From Treponemataceae bacterium (lineage in GTDB: Bacteria; Spirochaetota; Spirochaetia; Treponematales; Treponemataceae), in assembly GCA_036307825.1 (NCBI GenBank), contig JAXJWW010000104.1, positions 10,678 to 74,677 on the forward strand: DNA of 64,000 bases, given 5' to 3'. Below, piece after piece: positions 9,284 through 17,791 of the stretch. Below the pieces are notes generated by a model. The model had not been told where the DNA came from and ran no database searches. It was given only the letters and a program-made list of their open reading frames with translations. How positions within the stretch are numbered: position 1 is the first letter of the stretch; each line of letters starts with the position of its first letter. Both the position numbers and the translations under genes were made by a program.

Positions 9284-9312
9284 AATATACACCTACTTGC
9301 GATTTAATGCAA
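9284..9312 (-). promoter_or_regulatory. sigma70-like promoter reading toward the toxin-like ORF
   Basis: TTGCAT-17-TATATT on the minus strand. Confidence 0.45.
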
Positions 9313-9321
9313 GTCTATTTT

Positions 9322-9352
9322 TATAATCACTATCAAATCGTAATTTATTCAT
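9322..9352. repeat. direct repeat copy 2 (orphan duplicate of the aldolase-like gene 5' end)
   Basis: tataatcActatcaaatcgtaaTTtaTtcat. Minus-strand reading gives MNKLRFDSDY versus MSILRFDSDY of the intact gene. Overlaps the stop of the 9345 gene. Confidence 0.85.
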
Positions 9353-9905
9353 ACTTTGCATTTATTTCATTTATAGCATCTGCCATAATTTTTTCAGCAT
9401 CAAATCCATCTACATCAAGCATCTGTGCAAAAATCAATTCTGTTTCTTTAATTCCAAAATAATCTTTACATAGACTTTCAATATAGTTATAAGAAAAATC
9501 TGGAATAAATTTTCCACCAGCAGTTGCAACATAATAAAGTTTTTTTGCCTTACACAATCCAACAGGTTTTCCATTTTCACCAAATTTTGTAACAAGACCT
9601 GTAACATAAATATTCTCGATAAAAATTTTTAATATTGCAGGAAATGATAAATCCCAATGAGGTGCAGAAATTACAATCTCATCAGCAGTTGAAAATAAAT
9701 TTGCCAACTTAAAAATTTCATCAGAAAAATTTTCTTGATTAACAAGTTCCGTTCGTTTTTCAATCATGGCTTCAGAATAAGGAGATAAGTTTTCATCTTC
9801 TAATTTTATTTCAATAATTTCATCATTAAATTTACTAAGTAAAACTTTTGCAAGCTTATCGGTTCTAGAAATTTTTCTAACACAAGCATTTACATATAAA
9901 ATCAT
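9345..9905 (-). CDS. flavodoxin-like fold NAD(P)H-dependent oxidoreductase
   Basis: About 186 aa. MILYVNACVR...ISAPHWDLSFPAILK layout resembles FMN-dependent NAD(P)H dehydrogenase/azoreductase-like proteins. ATG 9905 is preferred over the track TTG 9911. Confidence 0.55.
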   Translation of the reverse strand: MILYVNACVRKISRTDKLAKVLLSKFNDEIIEIKLEDENLSPYSEAMIEKRTELVNQENFSDEIFKLANLFSTADEIVISAPHWDLSFPAILKIFIENIYVTGLVTKFGENGKPVGLCKAKKLYYVATAGGKFIPDFSYNYIESLCKDYFGIKETELIFAQMLDVDGFDAEKIMADAINEINAKYE

Positions 9906-9911
9906 TTTCAA

Positions 9912-9920
9912 ATTATATCA
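9912..9920 (-). promoter_or_regulatory. extended -10 promoter, candidate leaderless start
   Basis: TGaTATAAT on the minus strand. 6-nt gap to ATG 9905. Confidence 0.5.
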
Positions 9921-9976
9921 CATTTTTTGTAATTAAACTATTTATTTCAACAAAAATATGATGTCTAAAAAATTTT

Positions 9977-10047
9977 GTCATGCTGAACTTATTTCAGCAT
10001 ATACTACATATAGTAAATAGATTCTAAAACAAATTCGAATTGATACA
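9977..10047. repeat. palindromic REP/MITE-like intergenic element, copy 1 (degenerate)
   Basis: tgtcatgctgaac..ttcagcat hairpin, then agtaaatagattctaaaacaaattcgaattgataca. Related to 55551-55639. Confidence 0.55.
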
Positions 10048-10061
10048 TCTATTTAATTTAA

Positions 10062-10097
10062 AACAAAAAAGAGATTTCTCATAAAGAAAAATCTCTT
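10062..10097 (-). terminator. rho-independent terminator of rtcB
   Basis: AAGAGATTT / AAATCTCTT stem followed by a T-run in the minus orientation. Confidence 0.7.
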
Positions 10098-10119
10098 AAA
10101 AAATTTTTATAAAAAAAAT

Positions 10120-11349
10120 TTATTCGGCCGCCTTAAAATTGTAAATCGGTTTAATGATTTTTACAATTTCGGCAGTTTCACCAATATTTGCAACAATATC
10201 ATCCATTGTTTTGTATGCCATAGGAGCTTCGTCTAAAGTGTCTTTGTTCACCGTACTTGACCAAATTCCAAACATCTCTGATTTAAATTCTTCTAAATCA
10301 AGAGTTTTTTTAGCTTTCATTCGGCTCATAACACGGCCTGCTCCATGTGGAGCGGAACAATTCCAATCTTCGTTGCCCTTACCAATACAAACTAAACTTC
10401 CGTCTCTCATATTGATAGGAATTAAAAGTTTTTCACCTTTTTTGGCACTTACGGCCCCTTTTCGCAAAATCATTGCACCCTCAGTTTCTGTATCGATATA
10501 ATTATGAATCGTTGTAAACTGTTCAATTATATCTTCTTGCTTTATATGAAGCCCGATAGAAATTGATTCAATCATTGCCTTTCTGTTTACCTTGGCAAAG
10601 TGTTGCATAATTTTCATATCGTTGATGTAATCTTCAAAAAGTTCACCGCTAACATAAGCCAAATCTTTTGGAACAGAAGTGATAACTTGAGATTTTAACT
10701 CTGCAAGTTTTTCTTCAATTTCAGATTCTCTTCCTTCAGCTTTTAAAGTTGCAATTAATTTTTCGCAATCCTTTTTTGAATTTTGATTTAATTGCAACCA
10801 TGCTTGTTCTTGATAATAATTTGCAATTTCAAGTCCAGCGTGACGACTTCCAGAGTGAACAACGATATATAAATTTCCTTCATCATCTCGGTCAGCTTCG
10901 ATAAAGTGATTTCCACCGCCCAAAGTTCCAACACTAAGCCATGCTCGGTATTTATCATATTTTCCGCGAACCTTGTCAAAGTTTACAGTTTCACCCAGAG
11001 CATGTGGGAACTTTCGAATATCCCGACCACAAGGAATATTTTTGCGAATGATTTTATCAAGTTTTGCTGGATCAAAATTTTTGCTAACTTCACTATCAGC
11101 ACGAATTACTAAAGTTTCCATTCCGCAACCGATATCAACGCCAACAAGGTTAGGAACAATTTTGTCGCCAATGGTCATTGTAGTCCCGATTGTGCAACCT
11201 GCTCCAGCGTGAACATCTGGCATAAGACGAATTTTTTGTCCAGAAGTAAATTCTTGGTCGCATAAAGTTTTTATTTGCTCTAAAGATTTTTCATCAATTA
11301 CATCTGTAAAAATTTTTGCTGTATTATAAATTCCTTCAACAGTTTTCAT
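10120..11349 (-). CDS. rtcB: RNA 3'-phosphate/2',3'-cyclic phosphate ligase RtcB
   Basis: GVDIGCGM, GGGNHFIE, HSGSRHAG and PHGAGR metal/GMP-His motifs. 409 aa. GGAGG SD. Confidence 0.9.
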   Translation of the reverse strand: MKTVEGIYNTAKIFTDVIDEKSLEQIKTLCDQEFTSGQKIRLMPDVHAGAGCTIGTTMTIGDKIVPNLVGVDIGCGMETLVIRADSEVSKNFDPAKLDKIIRKNIPCGRDIRKFPHALGETVNFDKVRGKYDKYRAWLSVGTLGGGNHFIEADRDDEGNLYIVVHSGSRHAGLEIANYYQEQAWLQLNQNSKKDCEKLIATLKAEGRESEIEEKLAELKSQVITSVPKDLAYVSGELFEDYINDMKIMQHFAKVNRKAMIESISIGLHIKQEDIIEQFTTIHNYIDTETEGAMILRKGAVSAKKGEKLLIPINMRDGSLVCIGKGNEDWNCSAPHGAGRVMSRMKAKKTLDLEEFKSEMFGIWSSTVNKDTLDEAPMAYKTMDDIVANIGETAEIVKIIKPIYNFKAAE

Positions 11350-11388
11350 TTTAAATCCTCCATAAAAAAATCAATTTGCATTTTCACT

Positions 11389-11727
11389 TTATGCAGATTT
11401 TTTGAATTTACATTTTTGACATGTTACAAAATCTTTGTTCATACAATTTGCCGCGTGGTCTGAACAACAAGTTTCAATTTCCACAAGAGAATAGCAAATC
11501 AATTCGTCTAAAGCCACGCTAAATAATCTTGCAAGGACAATAAGATTATCTACTGTAGGAATACTTTTACCACTCTCCCAAGCATAAATTGCCTGTGGAT
11601 AATCGAACCCAAATAAATCTTGCAATTCATGGACGGTAAATCCATTTTCTTTTCTGAGGATTTTGATTTTGTTACCAGTTTGTTCTGGATTAATAACTGG
11701 TTTTAAGATGTGCTTAACAGTCTCCAT
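11389..11727 (-). CDS. XRE-family HTH regulator with Cys-rich C-terminus
   Basis: HTH segment IKILRKENGFTVHELQDLFG...IYAWESGKSIPTVDNLIVLARLF. C-terminal C-x9-CC-x6-C-x8-CxxC cluster. AAGGAG SD. Confidence 0.75.
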   Translation of the reverse strand: METVKHILKPVINPEQTGNKIKILRKENGFTVHELQDLFGFDYPQAIYAWESGKSIPTVDNLIVLARLFSVALDELICYSLVEIETCCSDHAANCMNKDFVTCQKCKFKKSA

Positions 11728-11954
11728 TGGTTTTTTCTCCTTATTGCAAAAAATTTCATGGCTTTAATTTTTAGTCCTTTTAGCCATGTGCTGTTTTGTC
11801 CATTAAATTTTATAAATGTAGGAATCACGCTTTTAAGTTGCACTTCTTGCATGTTGTCATTCTCACATGTTTTCATCGCATCAATGAACAATATAAAATC
11901 TGATTTAACTACATCTCTTTCTGTTTTAGGATTACCAGCAAAATTTGCGAACAT
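11703..11954 (-). CDS. hypothetical 83-aa protein, first gene of the XRE-rtcB operon
   Basis: Strong GAAGGAG SD 7 nt upstream. 25-nt overlap with the XRE gene. Basic C-terminus. No motif recognised. Confidence 0.5.
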   Translation of the reverse strand: MFANFAGNPKTERDVVKSDFILFIDAMKTCENDNMQEVQLKSVIPTFIKFNGQNSTWLKGLKIKAMKFFAIRRKNQWRLLSTS

Positions 11955-12198
11955 ACGCGTTCTCCTTCATTAAGATTAATGGATGCCAACGGCACCAGTG
12001 ACAAAGTCACCACATAAAATTTTTTGCGTCAGATACACACCAACTAGACGCTAATTTGTTTTACATTATAATAATAACTAATATTTTTTTGTTTGTCATT
12101 AAACTTGTAGTTTAAAATAAAATTTTTTAAAACAAAAAAAAACTCCAACACAAAACTTTATTCGTGCCTGGAGGTTTTATTTTGCAAAATATTTCTTT

Positions 12199-12669
12199 TT
12201 ATTCAATAATTTTACAAACATCTATCCATTGAATAAAGTTTGAATATTTTTCTAATTCTGGAATAGTAAACTCAATAGCAGAATTTGAACTTCCACAGGC
12301 TGGAAAAACTGTTTCAAATCTTTTTAAAGATTCATCAAGATAAATTTTTACACCAGAATTTACTGCGAAAGGACAAACACCTCCAACAGCATGGCCTATC
12401 AAAGTTTCGGCTTCATCAAAAGAAAGCATTTTTGCTTTGGCTTTGAAAAAAGATTTGTATTTAGCATTATCAATTTTTGTATCCCCTGCTGTAACAATTA
12501 AAATTACTTCATCTTCCACATGAAAAGAAAGTGTTTTTGCAATTCTACAAGGTTCACAATTTAGAGCCTTTGCTGCAAGTTCAACAGTTGCACTAGAAAC
12601 TTCAAATTCTAAAATACGATTTTCAATTCCAAAAGATGAAAAATATTCTCTTACTTTTTCAATAGCCAT
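12199..12669 (-). CDS. YbaK/prolyl-tRNA synthetase-associated (aminoacyl-tRNA editing) domain protein
   Basis: 156 aa. Layout MAIEKVREYF...SATVELAAKALNCEP.RIAKTL and GGVCPF resembles YbaK/EbsC deacylases. Confidence 0.7.
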   Translation of the reverse strand: MAIEKVREYFSSFGIENRILEFEVSSATVELAAKALNCEPCRIAKTLSFHVEDEVILIVTAGDTKIDNAKYKSFFKAKAKMLSFDEAETLIGHAVGGVCPFAVNSGVKIYLDESLKRFETVFPACGSSNSAIEFTIPELEKYSNFIQWIDVCKIIE

Positions 12670-12685
12670 ATTTTATTTCCTACTC

Positions 12686-13657
12686 TTAAAATGAATATGC
12701 GTAACTAAAAGCAATTCTTTCAAACCACCATTCTCGACCATTATAATCTAAGTTAAAGTTTGTAGCAGAACTTCCTTTATCACTAGAAAATCCTCGTCTA
12801 CTTGAAAATCTTGTTTGAATTGTTAAAGAATGATTTTCGTTAAACTTCAGAATACAGATAGGATTTATATTAACACGCATAAAAGATGGATTCCAATCTA
12901 AATATTTTGCATCAAAACTTGCTTCATCATAATATCCACTTAATTCAAATTGAAGACCAACAGTTTGTAAAACAAGTGGCATCTGATACCCCAAAATAAT
13001 TTGAGAATAATAATTCCAGCCATTTGCTTTTTCACCACTTGCTTGCCAAATCCATGGAGTTCCATTTTCAACGCCAGTTAATCCTGTGTACAAAATATCG
13101 TAAGAAGCTTGCATTACAACATGAGTCCAATCTCCAGGAACAATTGCCCCTACATCAAATTGAAATAAATTTGATAATCTAAATTCATAAAAGTAATTTT
13201 TAAAAGGAGTTAAACTTTTATATCCATTTTCTGCTGAATCTAAATCTCCCATTCCTTTGATGCCAATAAAATCCCAACCAGTTCCGATTTTTGCACTTGC
13301 TGTGAATTTTAAAAATGCAATTGGAGTAAATGCAACAAAAAACTGAGGCATTAAAGTTACAGGTGAAATTTCCAAAGCAGGTGAAATTGTAACATTGTTA
13401 CCTTTTACTAAAGGATTAGTTCCAAAGGGTGTTGGAATTTTGTAATCCATCTTTCCTGTAACACGAGCTTCTACAGCAGAATAAAATCCATCGAGAGGAG
13501 CAAATCGACTTACATCATCTTGTGGAAGCCCCATTGCAACAGGCGAAGATTTTGGATAATAAGCAAAATCTGTAATCAAGATAAATTTTGTTTCTGCTTC
13601 TGCAAAAACACCAAATGTAACTAATGAAATAACCAATAAAAAAATAATCTTTTTCAT
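12686..13657 (-). CDS. hypothetical outer-membrane beta-barrel-like protein
   Basis: Signal peptide. Alternating aromatic/polar pattern. C-terminal ...AFSYAYSF aromatic terminus. Confidence 0.5.
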   Translation of the reverse strand: MKKIIFLLVISLVTFGVFAEAETKFILITDFAYYPKSSPVAMGLPQDDVSRFAPLDGFYSAVEARVTGKMDYKIPTPFGTNPLVKGNNVTISPALEISPVTLMPQFFVAFTPIAFLKFTASAKIGTGWDFIGIKGMGDLDSAENGYKSLTPFKNYFYEFRLSNLFQFDVGAIVPGDWTHVVMQASYDILYTGLTGVENGTPWIWQASGEKANGWNYYSQIILGYQMPLVLQTVGLQFELSGYYDEASFDAKYLDWNPSFMRVNINPICILKFNENHSLTIQTRFSSRRGFSSDKGSSATNFNLDYNGREWWFERIAFSYAYSF

Positions 13658-13663
13658 AAGGTG

Positions 13664-13692
13664 ATTATAACATAAATCGATAAATTTGTCGT
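13664..13692 (-). promoter_or_regulatory. sigma70-like promoter, candidate leaderless start
   Basis: ACGACA-17-TATAAT on the minus strand. 6-nt gap (CACCTT) to ATG 13657. No SD. Confidence 0.5.
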
Positions 13693-13736
13693 TTTAAATT
13701 TTTGAGTTTTAAGAAAATTTTTTTTGAAGAACAACT

Positions 13737-14228
13737 TTATTCAAAATAAGCCTGATATGGCACTTCTATTCTAGACTCGTCATTAAATGAAACACCGTAA
13801 CTTCCTTCACTTGGAAGATTATTTCCTAAAAGAACTTTATCAAAATAAACAGTAGCATTGTACAAACCACTTACATCAACTTTTCCGTCAAAATTTCCAT
13901 TTCCAGTAATTTTTCCACGAGTGATAATTTCTCCGTTAAAAATCCAACCTTCTTCATCACAATAATTTTCGTAACGAATAGTTACCAAGCCACCTAATCC
14001 ACTAATTTTTGCATGATAAAAAACTTTTCCACTGATGTTCCCTGCAACTTCTTCTTTTCCAAGTTTTGCAATATTCGGCTTTTTATTTAACAAATTTATT
14101 TTTTTATAACTTTCATTTATTTTGTGATTAAACAAAACAAAAAAATCTTTGTGAGTTATTGTTTCCAATCCAAACAATGATGAAATTAAAACAAACATCA
14201 AAATTGATAAAAAGACTTTCTTTTTCAT
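13737..14228 (-). CDS. hypothetical secreted protein
   Basis: Signal peptide MKKKVFLSILMFVLISSLFG. GGAGG SD. Confidence 0.5.
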   Translation of the reverse strand: MKKKVFLSILMFVLISSLFGLETITHKDFFVLFNHKINESYKKINLLNKKPNIAKLGKEEVAGNISGKVFYHAKISGLGGLVTIRYENYCDEEGWIFNGEIITRGKITGNGNFDGKVDVSGLYNATVYFDKVLLGNNLPSEGSYGVSFNDESRIEVPYQAYFE

Positions 14229-14284
14229 AAATCCTCCAAATAACTAATATAATAATAACACTTTTTGAAGGATTTATGTAAAAT

Positions 14285-14899
14285 TTAGACAAGTTTTCTT
14301 TTTTGTTTTCTAGTATTGTTGTCTTTAAAAAATTGAATTATCTTTCCTAAACTAAATTTAACTTTTATTCCGTATTCAAAAGTATTTTTTACTTGGTTTT
14401 TTATCACACCTTTTTGATCTTGTGGATTTACAATAAATCGATATCCTCCAAAAATATCTATCATCACAATATCAAAAAAAGACTGCTTCCATCCAATTAG
14501 AGGATAAAGAGAAATTACACAATCTTGATTATTTTCTTCTGTTATCGAAGAACCTTTGTACATAAAAAATCCAGTTTTACATTGGCACCCAAAATAAAGC
14601 CAATCTAATCCCCGTAAAAAAGGATAATATAAAGCTTCTCCTGTAATTTCTACGGAAGTTAAAATAAGGGAAGGATTTTTCATCCACATGGTCATATGAG
14701 AAAGTCCGCCCTTTACAGCAATTCCTCTAAAAATTTCTCTCTCGTAGGTAAAGCCAATTCCCCACCCATTATTCTTTAAGCCTTTAGCTAAATATCCTGT
14801 ATCAAGAGAAAAAATCTGTTTTGTATTTTGGGTCTTTGAAAAAAGAGGAAAATTTATCACAACAAATAAAAATGCGATTATAAAAGAAAATTTCTTCAT
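14285..14899 (-). CDS. hypothetical secreted/outer-membrane protein
   Basis: Signal peptide MKKFSFIIAFLFVVINFPLFS. Beta-rich composition. Confidence 0.45.
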   Translation of the reverse strand: MKKFSFIIAFLFVVINFPLFSKTQNTKQIFSLDTGYLAKGLKNNGWGIGFTYEREIFRGIAVKGGLSHMTMWMKNPSLILTSVEITGEALYYPFLRGLDWLYFGCQCKTGFFMYKGSSITEENNQDCVISLYPLIGWKQSFFDIVMIDIFGGYRFIVNPQDQKGVIKNQVKNTFEYGIKVKFSLGKIIQFFKDNNTRKQKRKLV

Positions 14900-14975
14900 T
14901 GTAGTAGTTTACAATATGAATGTTAAGGTTTTGTTAAAAAAGACAAAGACCCTAAACCACAATATTAAATACATC

Positions 14976-15845
14976 CTAGCTGATAACTTTTTCAAATATA
15001 AGTTTTATAATTCTACATCGTTCTTCAAAATTCCCTCGTTTGGGAGTTTCTACAGTAAAAACAAGCGGAATACCTCTATCCTTAAAGTACATACCAGTCG
15101 TAACGGAACCTTTTAATTTCATGTACCATTGAGCATAAAAAGCTGAATACAATAAACCATTTTTCACTTTTAGAATTACATCTACATATTCATTTTCAAG
15201 CAAAACATTTTGTTTTTTTAAATAACTCAAAATATTTTTTGCATATTTTTTTCCTTTTTGATTGTAAGCATAAAAAAATGTTCCATCACAAGTAGCTTCG
15301 TGAAAATCAATCACTAAATCATATTTTTCTTTTGTAGCTTGAGTGAGAATTTGCATTTCTTTTGTGGTTTGAGTATTCAAATCTCTATTTGGATCTGTAT
15401 GATTTGAACAATATCTATAATTTCTTTCAAAACCAAAAGGATTCATAATAAAAATAAAATCAACTTGAGTATTATTAGGAATTTTAATTTTCCCTTCATT
15501 TATTTCTTGAATTATATTCTTTATCCCAAAAACTGGCGCAGGTTCATTTCCATGTAAACCACATAAAAACAAATATTTTCTCGAATCAATATTTTGATAA
15601 CTTTCCGACTTTATATAAGAAATTTTATAAACTGGATAATCATATTTTCCAAAACTATCCTTACATTGAATATTTCCAATGTTTGTAACTGTAAAATCAG
15701 AATTTAATTCATAAACGAAGGAAGTAAGATTTTCATAATTTCTAGATTGAATAGGTTTGATATCAGCAGAAAAAAGATTGTTTGAAAAAAGTACATAAAG
15801 AAAAGTGAAGAACAAAAATTTAATTTTTCTTTTTAGATTATTCAT
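14976..15845 (-). CDS. M14-type zinc carboxypeptidase / succinylglutamate desuccinylase-aspartoacylase family protein
   Basis: Signal peptide. Zn-ligand contexts GLHGNEPAP and DFHEA. Confidence 0.6.
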   Translation of the reverse strand: MNNLKRKIKFLFFTFLYVLFSNNLFSADIKPIQSRNYENLTSFVYELNSDFTVTNIGNIQCKDSFGKYDYPVYKISYIKSESYQNIDSRKYLFLCGLHGNEPAPVFGIKNIIQEINEGKIKIPNNTQVDFIFIMNPFGFERNYRYCSNHTDPNRDLNTQTTKEMQILTQATKEKYDLVIDFHEATCDGTFFYAYNQKGKKYAKNILSYLKKQNVLLENEYVDVILKVKNGLLYSAFYAQWYMKLKGSVTTGMYFKDRGIPLVFTVETPKRGNFEERCRIIKLIFEKVIS

Positions 15846-15851
15846 AAAGAA

Positions 15852-15860
15852 ATTTTATCA
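15852..15860 (-). promoter_or_regulatory. extended -10 promoter, candidate leaderless start
   Basis: TGaTAAAAT on the minus strand. 6-nt gap to ATG 15845. Confidence 0.45.
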
Positions 15861-15948
15861 TAAAATATTTTTTTGTAAATATGTATTGTTGCAACAAAAA
15901 ATATATCACTTTCAACTTAATTTAATAAACGGACTAAGTAATCAAATT

Positions 15949-15995
15949 CAAAAAAATCCCACTCCCTCTCGCACAAACAAGAAGAAAGTGGGATT
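15949..15995 (-). terminator. rho-independent terminator of glnA
   Basis: AATCCCACT / AGTGGGATT stem (23-nt loop) followed by a T-run in the minus orientation. Confidence 0.6.
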
Positions 15996-16046
15996 ATATA
16001 TCAAGAACAGAAATTGTGTAGCAATTTCGAATCCGTGTGATAACTA

Positions 16047-17468
16047 TTAAAGATTATAATACTTTTCAAACTCAGCAGGAGTTGGAATTGCATTCATTTC
16101 GCGACATTCTGCACGTTTTGTTGCGATGAACTTTGTTAAAAGTTCTTCTGGGAAAACTCCACCAGCTGTTAAGTAGTCGTGGTCTTTTTCCAAAGCATCC
16201 AAGGCTTGATCCAAAGAAGTTGGAAGACTTGTCAACTTTGCTTTTTCTTCATCAGAAAGAGTGTACAAGTTCATATCATAAGGTCCCCAACCATTTGCGT
16301 GTGGATCAATTTTGTTTTTAATTCCGTCGATACCAGCCATCAAAATTGCTGCGTAACAGAAATATGGATTACAAGTTGCATCAGGGTTACGAATTTCAAA
16401 TCGGCGCATTTTTGGTGATTTTGCGTAAGCAGGAATACGAATAACAGCACTTCTGTTTGAAGTTGCATAACCAACTGTAACAGGGGCTTCAAATCCAGGC
16501 ACAAGTCGTTTGAAAGAGTTTGTACTTGGGTTTGTGATTGCACATAAAGAAGCAATATGTTTTAAAAGACCACCCATAAAATAATGAGCAGTTTGGCTAA
16601 GATTAGAATATCCGTTATCGTCAGAGAAAACTGGTTCTCCATCTTTCAATAAAAGCATATGAACATGCATACCGCTTCCAGCTTCGCCCATAACAGGTTT
16701 TGGCATAAAAGTTGCAGTTTTGCCATATTTTGCAGCAGTGTTTCTGATAATATATTTAATCATCATTGAAGCATCTGCCATTTTTGACATTTTTCCAAGT
16801 TGAGGTTCAATTTCAAATTGACCAGCAGCACCAACTTCTGGGTGATGATATTTTACATTGATTCCCATTTCTTCCATTAACAAACACATTTCGCTACGAC
16901 ATTCATAACTTGCATCAAAAGGTTTTGCCACATGATATGCTTTTTGTTTTGGAATAACACATCCCATTCCTTCAACATCGCTGTTCCAATGAGCTTGATT
17001 TACATCAATTTCCATTCCGATTGCATTTGGAGCAACTTTCCAGCCCACATTGTCAAATAGATAAAATTCAAATTCTGGCAAAATCAACATTTCATCAGCA
17101 ATTCCAGAATCTTGCATATATTTTTCAGCAGCTAAAACAATGTTTCGAGGATACTGAGCTAAAGGTCGATTTTCCTTGTCGATAATCATTGCGTTTCCAG
17201 TCATAGAAAGAGTTGGAATTTCACAGAAAGGATCAATACAAGCAGTGTCTGGATCTGGAATAAAAACCATATCACTTTTTTCAACTACTGCGTATCCGTA
17301 GTTTGAAGCGTCAAACCCAATTCCACTTTTCATTGTATCTTCAGAAAAGTTTTTTGCAGGAATTGTTACATGGCGGAACTGACCGTTGATATCCACCATC
17401 TTAAAATCAACCATTTTAATATCATTTTCTTCAATCATTTTGATAATATCTTTTACAGATTTAGACAT
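16047..17468 (-). CDS. glnA: glutamine synthetase, type I
   Basis: 473 aa. KPVMGEAGSGMHVHMLL and NPDATCNPY blocks. GGAGG SD. Confidence 0.9.
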   Translation of the reverse strand: MSKSVKDIIKMIEENDIKMVDFKMVDINGQFRHVTIPAKNFSEDTMKSGIGFDASNYGYAVVEKSDMVFIPDPDTACIDPFCEIPTLSMTGNAMIIDKENRPLAQYPRNIVLAAEKYMQDSGIADEMLILPEFEFYLFDNVGWKVAPNAIGMEIDVNQAHWNSDVEGMGCVIPKQKAYHVAKPFDASYECRSEMCLLMEEMGINVKYHHPEVGAAGQFEIEPQLGKMSKMADASMMIKYIIRNTAAKYGKTATFMPKPVMGEAGSGMHVHMLLLKDGEPVFSDDNGYSNLSQTAHYFMGGLLKHIASLCAITNPSTNSFKRLVPGFEAPVTVGYATSNRSAVIRIPAYAKSPKMRRFEIRNPDATCNPYFCYAAILMAGIDGIKNKIDPHANGWGPYDMNLYTLSDEEKAKLTSLPTSLDQALDALEKDHDYLTAGGVFPEELLTKFIATKRAECREMNAIPTPAEFEKYYNL

Positions 17469-17791
17469 ATATCCTCCATATTGTACAAATTACAATCTTG
17501 TTACTAAGTTTTATTATATAGATATTTTTAACTGTATTCAATGGAAAATTTTATATATTTATATAGAAAACAAAACTACCATAAAAGTTGTAAACCAAAT
17601 TCCTCGTAGTGTGCAAAACTTTCATCTTTAGAAAGTAAATATCAACTGTCAAGTTATTTTATTGAATATTGTAAGATAAATAGAAAATAATTAGTAAAAC
17701 AAAAATTAACATTTTTATCGAAAATCAGTAACATTTTTCTTCATTTACTTTGTTTTATTATTGGTGTAAAATTTAGTATATGGAGGGAATC

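Noticed and set aside
11955-12198. Flanks of the rtcB operon and of the R-M pair (27981-28135 and 30330-30472) were checked for the same gene-terminus duplications seen at the three cassettes
   Set aside because: No matching direct repeats were found by eye, so these blocks are not claimed as members of the cassette pattern.
16015-16046. TTCGAATCC, a tRNA T-loop-like string, just downstream of glnA
   Set aside because: The flanks do not form an acceptor stem or other cloverleaf arms. It is an isolated motif by chance.
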